This document shows, piece by piece, positions 56,716 through 64,000 of a stretch of 64,000 nt of DNA (its first letter is position 1; each line of letters begins with the position of its first letter). The DNA is from an uncultured delta proteobacterium (GTDB lineage Bacteria > Myxococcota > Kuafuiibacteriia > Kuafuiibacteriales > Kuafuiibacteriaceae). A program made the position numbers and the translations under genes. The stretch covers positions 480,001 to 544,000 of the forward strand of contig CAWDML010000009.1 of NCBI GenBank assembly GCA_963803435.1, read 5' to 3'. The notes under the pieces are model-generated. The model was not told the DNA's origin. It ran no database searches and saw nothing but the letters and a program-made list of their open reading frames with translations.

Positions 56716-57008
56716 TAGGGCTTCCGGTACAAGGTCGCCGAGAAGTGTCGTTCGTTCCGCGTGCACACAATGAAACTCGGCGTGACCTTCAGCGGAGCCC
56801 TGCACTTCGCGCAGTAGACCTCCACGCCGTCACTGGCGAGGCGCAACGCGAGGCGCACGTTCTTGGCTGTCCCCTCGAGGTAGTACTTCCCGTCGGCGTC
56901 GGGCGCACTCTCTGGTTCGTCGTCTCGCGTGGCGGGGATCGCGACTGGCTTGCCTTCCGGATCGGGGGCCAGCTCGTACACTCGGTTCCTCTCCTTCTCG
57001 TCCGCCAT
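56715..57008 (-). CDS. small Zn-ribbon protein, orphan immunity-like
   Basis: DGKYY...GVEVYCAKCRAPL.VT...IVC....HF; paralog of 22577-22840; GAGG RBS. Confidence 0.7.
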   Translation of the reverse strand: MADEKERNRVYELAPDPEGKPVAIPATRDDEPESAPDADGKYYLEGTAKNVRLALRLASDGVEVYCAKCRAPLKVTPSFIVCTRNERHFSATLYRKP

Positions 57009-57140
57009 GCTCACCTCACGGGTCGATCGTCGTACGCCGCGGTCACCCAAACTTCATCTCGGCGTAGATCGCACGACCTTTGTGCAAGAGCTCGAGCGCG
57101 TGGAGCGGGAGCGGGTGCTTTCATCGTCCGGGTTCGAGCA

Positions 57141-57461
57141 TCAGACGATGGTGTCGCTGTCGCGCCATCGCTGCCATTCGACCGGGCCCTGCAGCCACTC
57201 GTCTGCGACGGCGAGGGCGGCGGGAAGGTCATCGACGTCCACACGCACTTTGTTGAGCTCGTACCCGTCGACGTCCTGCTCCTTCTCAATCCACTCCTTC
57301 TTCAGCTCGTACATCCGCACGCCGTACCGCGTGCCGCCGCGCTCCTCATAGGGAAAGATCTCGATCCACTTCCTCAGGCTCTCGTCGGACGCCGGGAGCT
57401 CGGCCACGATGGGATGTCCTTTGTTGAGGTTCTGGAGGAGCTCGAGGGACAGCGTGTTCAT
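57141..57461 (-). CDS. putative immunity protein, copy B
   Basis: Acidic 106-aa ORF with ATGA overlap on the upstream toxin-like gene. Confidence 0.7.
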   Translation of the reverse strand: MNTLSLELLQNLNKGHPIVAELPASDESLRKWIEIFPYEERGGTRYGVRMYELKKEWIEKEQDVDGYELNKVRVDVDDLPAALAVADEWLQGPVEWQRWRDSDTIV

Positions 57462-59137
57462 GGGGCCTCCGTCGGGAAGAGGATTCGAATGATCTTCGCC
57501 TTCCTGGGGTGAATCTGGAGGTGCGGGACCTCCGCGTGGGGGTTGGTGGCGTCGTGATTGAGCAGGCGCCCATCTTCGCCGAAGACGTCGTCCCAGTGGA
57601 ACGTGGCTTCCTTGCTGTCGAAGAGCTGTTTGATCTCCTTGAACCGAAAGTTCTCCGTCTCGACGTAGTCGGGGAACTGGCTCAGGATCTCCTCGACGAC
57701 CGCGCGCGAGGAGACCTGAATCTCCGCCTCGCCCTGGTCGAGCTTCCGGAGCGCTCGCTGGGCCTCCGCGCTCAAGGAGGTTCGGGCGGGAGCGGGCGCG
57801 AGGCTCCGCACCGCGTCGCGGAGGTCGATACCGGTCCGTTCGGCGAAATCGGCCAGCGCGTCGACCCTCACCTTGCGGAGTCCCTCCGGGAGGTCGTGAA
57901 GGTTGGAGATCTCCTTTTCGAGTCGGTCCAGCACCATCGCCTTGACCTCGCGGAGCGTAGCTTCGTCGATCTCCTTCGCGTCGGCCACCATTTGCTCGAG
58001 GTCGTGGAGCGAGAGGTTGGAGTCCTTCGGATCGCCGAGGGTTCGCCGGATCCGATCGCGGACGCGGGTGCGGCCCTTCGGGTCGCGGAGGGTGGTGCGG
58101 CCGTTGCCGGGGGTGGGGCTGTCGAAGAGATCGAGCGCGTCGGCGAGTGCGGCGCCGCCGAAGGCGATGTCGACCGCGGCATGGGCCACCACCGCGGTTT
58201 CGATCCGGAGCGAGGCGGTGGCGCGGAGGGCCAGCACGCTCCCGCTGGCGGCGAGTCCGCCGAGGCCCGACGTCATCCCGAGCGCACCTGCAGCTCGGGG
58301 CACGGCCGCGGCGGCGCTCATCATCAGGTACGCGTGGGCCAGCGCCTCGCCCACCATGCGCCGCTGGTCGTCCGGGGAGGCCTGCTGGAAGGCTTCGAGG
58401 CGCTGCGGTGAGGTGCGGATGGCGCGCCCGATGGTCTGGGGGAGCCGGCCGAAGTCGTGGACCGTCGCCTCGAATGTTTCTTCGGGCTGATGGATGAGAC
58501 CGTCGAACGTCCCTCCGACCCTGAGGATCACGCTCCGGGCGGTGATCTCCACGCCGTCGAGGACGTCGCCGGAGGCGGTGTGCCGGAGGCCGAGCTCGGC
58601 GACCGGAGTCCCGTCGCCGTCGAGCGCGCGAAGCACCCCGCCGGACAGCCGGTAGATGCGCCCCGGATCCAGGTCCGCGCGCCTCTCGATCGCCCGACCG
58701 CCATTCGCGGGGACCAGGTAGCCGTCCGAGCGCACCAGCACCGCGCCGTCGAGGCGGTCGAGCCGAGCTTGGACCTCCGCTGGGGAGAGGGCACCGCTCG
58801 CCCGCGCCTCCATCAGGAGCGAGAGCGCGACCACCGCTGGTCCGTAGTGATCGGGCTCGGGATGGAGGAGCTTCACCGAGAGGAGGTCGGTCGCGCCCTC
58901 CGCGGTGAGGCCGACCTCCGCGATCCGCCGCGCGTCGTCCGGAGCGATCCCACCCGCGACGAGCCGCGCCGCGGTCGCCGCCTCGGGCGTCGGACCGGCT
59001 CGGAGCTCGTGGGAGAAGCGCACCAGGCCTGCGTCGAGCTCGGTCGACGTGTCGGCGCCCGGTTCGGGCCTGGGCGTGCGCAGCGCGTCCAGGGCTTCAC
59101 TTAGGACACGGCGCACGATGGGTCGGATGGGCGACAT
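57458..59137 (-). CDS. putative polymorphic toxin with His-rich C-terminal tip
   Basis: Helical N/central region (VRSDGYL), hydrophobic Ala/Gly-rich segment, then HWDD..NH..NPH..PHLQIH; coupled small downstream gene. Confidence 0.65.
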   Translation of the reverse strand: MSPIRPIVRRVLSEALDALRTPRPEPGADTSTELDAGLVRFSHELRAGPTPEAATAARLVAGGIAPDDARRIAEVGLTAEGATDLLSVKLLHPEPDHYGPAVVALSLLMEARASGALSPAEVQARLDRLDGAVLVRSDGYLVPANGGRAIERRADLDPGRIYRLSGGVLRALDGDGTPVAELGLRHTASGDVLDGVEITARSVILRVGGTFDGLIHQPEETFEATVHDFGRLPQTIGRAIRTSPQRLEAFQQASPDDQRRMVGEALAHAYLMMSAAAAVPRAAGALGMTSGLGGLAASGSVLALRATASLRIETAVVAHAAVDIAFGGAALADALDLFDSPTPGNGRTTLRDPKGRTRVRDRIRRTLGDPKDSNLSLHDLEQMVADAKEIDEATLREVKAMVLDRLEKEISNLHDLPEGLRKVRVDALADFAERTGIDLRDAVRSLAPAPARTSLSAEAQRALRKLDQGEAEIQVSSRAVVEEILSQFPDYVETENFRFKEIKQLFDSKEATFHWDDVFGEDGRLLNHDATNPHAEVPHLQIHPRKAKIIRILFPTEAP

Positions 59138-59151
59138 CGGGCCAGGTGGGT

Positions 59152-59234
59152 GGCAATTCGCGTACCGGCTCGTCGCGCCTCCCTTTGGCCCCATTCGTCC
59201 GGGATCCGGACGAATGGTCCGGATTCGTCCGGTG
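59152..59234 (-). promoter_or_regulatory. sigma54-type box with upstream GTCCGG repeat block
   Basis: Minus strand CCGGTACG-CGAA-TTGCC at 59152-59168; repeats at 59191-59234. Confidence 0.6.
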
Positions 59235-59290
59235 ATCGGTCCACTCCACCGATCGACACCGACTGAAGACTGCTCGTCGTTGAATCTGCC

Positions 59291-59920
59291 ATGGCGTCGT
59301 CGGTCAAAGACCTGTTCGACCTCCCGAGAGCATCCCCAAGATCGGCTTCGTCCAGGTCCTGAGCGAGGCGATCCAGAAGCCTGAGAACACGGCGAAGAAC
59401 TACGTCGTCACGCCTCGGATCCTCGAGGCCTTCGACAACGCGCTCAAGCTGGTGGGGAACGGGATCAAGACGGGTCGAAGCCAGGCCGCGTACCTACACG
59501 GCAGCTTCGGCAGCGGTAAGTCGCACTTCATGGCGCTCCTCAGCCTCATGCTCTCCGGAGAGCGAGGCGGCCTGGCGGGTCCCCGAGCTGCACGGGCTTC
59601 GGGAGAAGCACAACTTCATCGGGAAGAAGAAGCTCCTCCAGCTCCACTTTCACATGGTGGGCTCGGAGAGCCTCGAGCAAGCCATCTTCGGCAAGTATCT
59701 CGAGCGGGTGAAGGCGCACCACCACGGCGACCATCCCGGGTGTGCTCGCGGACGAGGAGCTGTTCGACAACGCCGGAGGCTCCTCGACGAGCTGGGGGAG
59801 GCCGCCTTCTTCGAGCCGATGAACGCAGGCATCGAGGACGAGGATGAGTGGGGTGCGTTCGGCGGCGGCGCGCGCTGGACCCGCGATCGCTTCGAGGCGG
59901 TCACCCGCTCCACCGATCGA
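59291..59920 (+). pseudogene. pglY: truncated BREX/Pgl PglY-like ATPase N-terminus
   Basis: KDLFDLPE, YVVTP...AFDNAL, AAYLHGSFGSGKSHFMA Walker A, FHMVG..SLEQAI; frameshifted and ends after ~200 aa. Confidence 0.75.
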
Positions 59921-60050
59921 CCCAGGGGAAGACTGCGGCGCCACGATCATCTCGATCACCGACGCCCAAGCGAAACTGAGACCCGGCCCGAATGGCCAAA
60001 AGGGCGGACGGAGGAGAGATCCAACCAGCCGTAAATACTTGGGAATTTGT

Positions 60051-60122
60051 TAGGCGCACCGGGTTTCGAACCTGGGACCTCTACCGTGTCAAGGTAGCGC
60101 TCTACCACTGAGCTATGCGCCT
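60051..60122 (-). tRNA. tRNA-Val(GAC), canonical
   Basis: AGGCGCATAGCTCAGTGGTAGAGCGCTACCTTGACACGGTAGAGGTCCCAGGTTCGAAACCCGGTGCGCCTA. Confidence 0.95.
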
Positions 60123-60189
60123 GAAACCCCGCTTCTAGCCACCCGCCGGGTGTCGGTCAACCGCTTTCTCTCGCTCCTCCCCGACCCCA

Positions 60190-62448
60190 TCACTCCAACT
60201 TGAACTTGAAGATCCGCACCCGGTTCGGCTCCACCGTCAGTCGCACCGTCTTCTCCGCGTCGCCCGCGAGCGCCTTCGCCGTGATCGTGACGCATCCGCT
60301 CGGCAGCTTGTATCGCGCCAGCGGCGTCTGTCCGAGCTTCCGCCCGTTCCAGTAGATGTCCGAGTGCGGGGTCGTGGAGATCGTGACGAACCCCGGCGGC
60401 AGGTTCGGGTCGGTGCTGCACCCATCGCCGCCGATCGCACCGCCGCCACCGCCGCCTCCGCCCCGGTGCTTCGATCGGCGGGGCGCCGGCTCGTCCCGCT
60501 CCTCCCGTGTCGCTCGCGCGAGGGGCGCGGCGTGGGAGTGGCTGGCCTTCCTGCAGGAGATCGACGCCAGCTTGGTCTCGTTGGGGGCGATGCGGACGCG
60601 CTCGCTGTTACAGGTGTGGCCGGCGAGCTGGCCGGCGATGAGGATGGACTTGTTGCCGGCGATCTGGCGGTCGACGCGGGGGCCGAGGCCGGCGTCTTCG
60701 CCGTCGATGAAGATGCGGACGTCGCGGCGGTTGTCGCCTTCGACCTCGACGACGAGCTTGCCGGGGAAGGCGTTGAGGGTGGGGCGGATGGTGCGGCCGT
60801 CGGTGTCGTCGCCCATGGTGATGGTGGTTTCGTAGGTCTCGTAGCCGGGCTTGGTCAGCTTGATGGCGTACGCGATCCCGTACTGAAGGGAGTGGAGGTC
60901 GCTCGGGGTCTTGGCGTTTTCGCCGTTGGTGAGGGCCATCGGTTTGCCGTCGAGGTGGATGACGGCGCCGTTGGGGACGGATTCGAGCGTGAGGCTGCCG
61001 GTCTTGCGGGGGGCGGCGGGTTGCTGGGATTGCAACCTGGCTTGCGTGGCCTGGATCGGCTCGGCGGGGGCGTTGAGCTGCTGGTAGAGGATGGCGGAGG
61101 CGACGAGGATGACGATGAGGGCGCCGGCGATGACCAGGCGCGCGATCCAGCTGGAGCCCTCTTGGGGGAGCTGGCCGGAGAGGGAGCCGGGGTAGCCGGG
61201 GTAGGTGCCGGGCGGGTAGCCGTGCATGCTGCCGAGGGCGCCGGGGGGGTAGCCTTGGGGTGTCAACCCAGGTTGCACGAAGCCGACGCCGGGGGCGGGG
61301 GCCATGCCAGGGGGCATCATGGTGCCGGTCATGCCCGGGTGGAGGACCGGGGAGGGCGAGGCGGCGTTGGGGCGGATCTGGCTGGGGGGGAGGCCGTGGA
61401 CGATGCGGCGGCGATCGGGGACGGCCTGCTCGGTGTCTTCGTCGGCGAACTGGGCCTCGAAGTCGTCGCGGGAGGCGATCTCCTTGAGGCGGCGCTTCTC
61501 CTCGATCTTGTCTGCGAACAGATCGCGCATGTACTGAGCGATGTCCGGGTTGGTGGCCTGATGGTTCTCGTCGCGAAGGTACTCCTCGAGGGCGATCTGC
61601 ATCGCCTGGGCCGTCTGGAACCGCATGGCGGTGTCCTTCTCGAGGGCCTGCATGATGATGTCCTCGAGGCGCGGCGAGATGCCGGCGGCGACCTGGGACG
61701 GCGGGACCACGCTTCGCTTCGTGATCATCTCCAGGATCATCAGCTCCGACTCGTGCTTGAAGAGGCGCTTCCCGGTGCAGAGCTCGTAGAGGAGAATGCC
61801 GAGGGCGAAGATGTCGGAGCGCATGTCGATCGGGGCGCCCAGACATTGCTCGGGGCTCATGTAGCTGAACTTGCCCTTGAGCATGCCCGTCTTCGTGTGT
61901 TCCGACTTGGACTTGGCCTTGGCGATGCCGAAGTCGACGACCTTGACCTCGCCCTCGTACGTCACGAGGAGGTTTTGCGGTGAGATGTCGCGGTGGACGA
62001 TCTCGAGCGGCTGGCCGTCGGAGCCTTTGAGGTGGTGAGCGTAATGAAGCGCCTTGCAAGCATCCGCGATCACGCGCGCGGCGAACGGGGGCGGATAGGG
62101 GCGGCCGCGCTTCATGCCGCGCCAGGCGATGGCGGCGAGGTTTTCGCCGGAGATGAACTCCATCGCGATGTAGTAGGAGTCGCTCTCGCGGCCGAGGTCG
62201 TAGATCTGGACGATGTTCGGATGGTTGAGCTGCGCGCTCATCCGAGCCTCGTCGAGGAACATCTTGACGAAGGTCTCCTGCTCCGAGAGGTGGCTCAGGA
62301 TCTTCTTGATGACCACGAAGCGGTTGAAACCGGCGAGGCCGCGCTGGCGGGCCAGCCAGATCTCGGCCATGCCGCCGGTCGCGAGCTTCTTGACCAAGGT
62401 GTACCGGCCGAATCGACGGACCGGTCCGACCGGTGGCTGGCTCGCCAT
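60190..62448 (-). CDS. Hanks-type Ser/Thr protein kinase with TM helix and PEGA domains
   Basis: GGMAEI, VIKK, HRDISPQN, DFG, YMSPEQ; Pro-rich linker, TM helix, PEGA-like C-terminus. Confidence 0.95.
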   Translation of the reverse strand: MASQPPVGPVRRFGRYTLVKKLATGGMAEIWLARQRGLAGFNRFVVIKKILSHLSEQETFVKMFLDEARMSAQLNHPNIVQIYDLGRESDSYYIAMEFISGENLAAIAWRGMKRGRPYPPPFAARVIADACKALHYAHHLKGSDGQPLEIVHRDISPQNLLVTYEGEVKVVDFGIAKAKSKSEHTKTGMLKGKFSYMSPEQCLGAPIDMRSDIFALGILLYELCTGKRLFKHESELMILEMITKRSVVPPSQVAAGISPRLEDIIMQALEKDTAMRFQTAQAMQIALEEYLRDENHQATNPDIAQYMRDLFADKIEEKRRLKEIASRDDFEAQFADEDTEQAVPDRRRIVHGLPPSQIRPNAASPSPVLHPGMTGTMMPPGMAPAPGVGFVQPGLTPQGYPPGALGSMHGYPPGTYPGYPGSLSGQLPQEGSSWIARLVIAGALIVILVASAILYQQLNAPAEPIQATQARLQSQQPAAPRKTGSLTLESVPNGAVIHLDGKPMALTNGENAKTPSDLHSLQYGIAYAIKLTKPGYETYETTITMGDDTDGRTIRPTLNAFPGKLVVEVEGDNRRDVRIFIDGEDAGLGPRVDRQIAGNKSILIAGQLAGHTCNSERVRIAPNETKLASISCRKASHSHAAPLARATREERDEPAPRRSKHRGGGGGGGGAIGGDGCSTDPNLPPGFVTISTTPHSDIYWNGRKLGQTPLARYKLPSGCVTITAKALAGDAEKTVRLTVEPNRVRIFKFKLE

Positions 62449-62511
62449 CGAGGGCCCACTCTACCGATTTCGGAGCGGGACCGGAACAATCGGCGAGGTG
62501 GGAGGAACACA

Positions 62512-63732
62512 CGGGTTCGGATCGGCGCGCTGATCGCGCTCTTCGCGGCGTTCTCGCCCCTTCGCGTGGAGGCGAAGCCGCATCATCCCGGGGAGTTCAC
62601 CAGCGAGACCAAGCTGCATGACCTCGAGAAACGGGTGAGCGCCCGAAAGGTTCCGATCATCGATCCGGGTGCGCTGGATCGCACGCTCGCCAAGCTCGCC
62701 GCGAAGAAGGACACAGTCCGCATCCTTCACCTCGGGGACTCGCACGTCGCCTCCGACTACATCACGGGCATGGTCCGGCACGGGTTGCAGCGTCTGTATG
62801 GGGACGCGGGCCGCGGGTTCGTGCACATCGATCAGCTCTGGGGGTACGGCGGGCGCCGGCTCCAGCGGAGCGATCGGGACTGGACGCAGGAGCGGATCGT
62901 CGATGCGCAGGGCGTGGGGCGTCCGTTCGGCTTCTCGGGCATGAGCATCGAGTCGAAGCGCAGGTCCGCCAAGGCGACGTACCGCGTGCTCCCGGATGAG
63001 CGGATCGTTCGGGTCTACTACCAGCGGCAGCCCCACGGGGCGGCGGTGGCGATCTCGATCGGCAGGAAGGCGATCGCCACCTTCAAGACGGCCGGCGAGA
63101 CCAAGAGCGAGGTCTTCTCCACCGAGCTGCCGGCAGGGACCGGCGAGCGCACGCTGACGCTCACGGCCAAGGGCGCGCACGCGCGGATGTACGGGATCAG
63201 CTTCGAGCGCAAGGCGATCGGTGTCTTGTACGAGTCGATCGGCCCCGTCGGCGCCGACGCGAAGGTGTATCTGCAGCTCGATCCCAAGAGCTTTGAGGAG
63301 CACCTGGTGGCGCATCATCCCGATCTGATCGTGTTGATGGTCGGGGGAAACGACGCGCTGAAGATCCGGAAGGGCTGGACCGACCTCGACAAGGTGACCG
63401 AGGACCATCAGAAGCTGCTCGCTTTCCTCAGGGAGAAGCTCCCCGACGCCGACTGCATGCTGTGGACTCCGATGGACGCGGGCGAGTCGAAGAACGGCCG
63501 GATCGTCAGCAAGAAGTGGCTGACCGAGGTGCGGGAGATGCAGCTCAGGGTGGCGAAGGCGAACGGCTGCGCGGTCTGGGACATGTACGGGAGCATGGGC
63601 GGTGAAGGCTCGGTCGCCCGCTGGGAGGAGGCGCGGTTGATGAACAAGGACCTGGTCCACCCCAAGAAGGCGGCAGCGGATCTTCTGGGGACGCTGTTCC
63701 TGGAGGCCTGGCAGGATCTCGTGAAGCCTTGA
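62512..63732 (+). CDS. periplasmic SGNH hydrolase/O-acetyltransferase-like protein
   Basis: ILHLGDSH, GDAGRGF, GGND, DLVHP; signal-like N-terminus but no clear start codon in frame. Confidence 0.8.
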   Translation, partial: RVRIGALIALFAAFSPLRVEAKPHHPGEFTSETKLHDLEKRVSARKVPIIDPGALDRTLAKLAAKKDTVRILHLGDSHVASDYITGMVRHGLQRLYGDAGRGFVHIDQLWGYGGRRLQRSDRDWTQERIVDAQGVGRPFGFSGMSIESKRRSAKATYRVLPDERIVRVYYQRQPHGAAVAISIGRKAIATFKTAGETKSEVFSTELPAGTGERTLTLTAKGAHARMYGISFERKAIGVLYESIGPVGADAKVYLQLDPKSFEEHLVAHHPDLIVLMVGGNDALKIRKGWTDLDKVTEDHQKLLAFLREKLPDADCMLWTPMDAGESKNGRIVSKKWLTEVREMQLRVAKANGCAVWDMYGSMGGEGSVARWEEARLMNKDLVHPKKAAADLLGTLFLEAWQDLVKP

Positions 63733-63791
63733 GCTTCGCGCCCTTCTCGCTTTACACGGGCGTTTTTCAACTGCAAGGATGCGCGCCGTTC

Positions 63792-64000
63792 ATGGCACGC
63801 GTGGCATTTCTCCTGTCGATCCTCTTCCTGGCGGCGTGCGGGAGCGCGCTCACCACGCCGGAGGACATTCCGCTCAAGCATCTCCCTGCCGGGGAGAAGT
63901 TCGTGATGACGCTCGTGATGGACACCTGTTCCGACACCTGCGCCACCTACGATGAGCCCTCGTGCAGCGTCAGCGTCGACAAGTCGAAGATGGTCATCCA
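63792..64000 (+). CDS. lipoprotein, partial (runs off the window)
   Basis: MARVAFLLSILFLAAC lipobox; open to the window end. Confidence 0.6.
   Translation, partial: MARVAFLLSILFLAACGSALTTPEDIPLKHLPAGEKFVMTLVMDTCSDTCATYDEPSCSVSVDKSKMVI

Overview
High-GC bacterial DNA that looks like Myxococcota (lipoproteins, PEGA Ser/Thr kinase, Cu monooxygenase). Many otherwise conserved genes carry single frameshifts, which suggests long-read indel errors. Left to right: (1) a hopanoid operon (shc-hpnH-hpnA...hpnG-hpnL) with a three-gene glycosylation-like insert; (2) an intact IS630 beside a second CTAG-bounded element with ~70-bp inverted ends, carrying a decayed IS1182 transposase and a four-helix-bundle gene; (3) NhaC and asnB-like genes, then an HExxH toxin-like gene with a Zn-ribbon partner; (4) a heptose/glycan locus (HldC-GmhA fusion, HldA, GT9, GT-C, GT2-GH16 fusion); (5) secreted and accessory genes; (6) an array of about 20 CCA-less, often atypical tRNA genes plus fragments, preceded by a promoter-like site, a short leader ORF and a terminator-like hairpin; (7) a decayed island ending at tRNA-Val(GAC) with a duplicated toxin-tip/immunity module, a DUF4041/T5orf172 remnant and a truncated BREX PglY-like ATPase; (8) a kinase and an SGNH gene. 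Three unrelated minus-strand genes, two of them toxin-like, share an upstream GTCCG repeat block followed by a sigma54-type -24/-12 box. All family assignments come from motifs recognised by eye; no searches were run.
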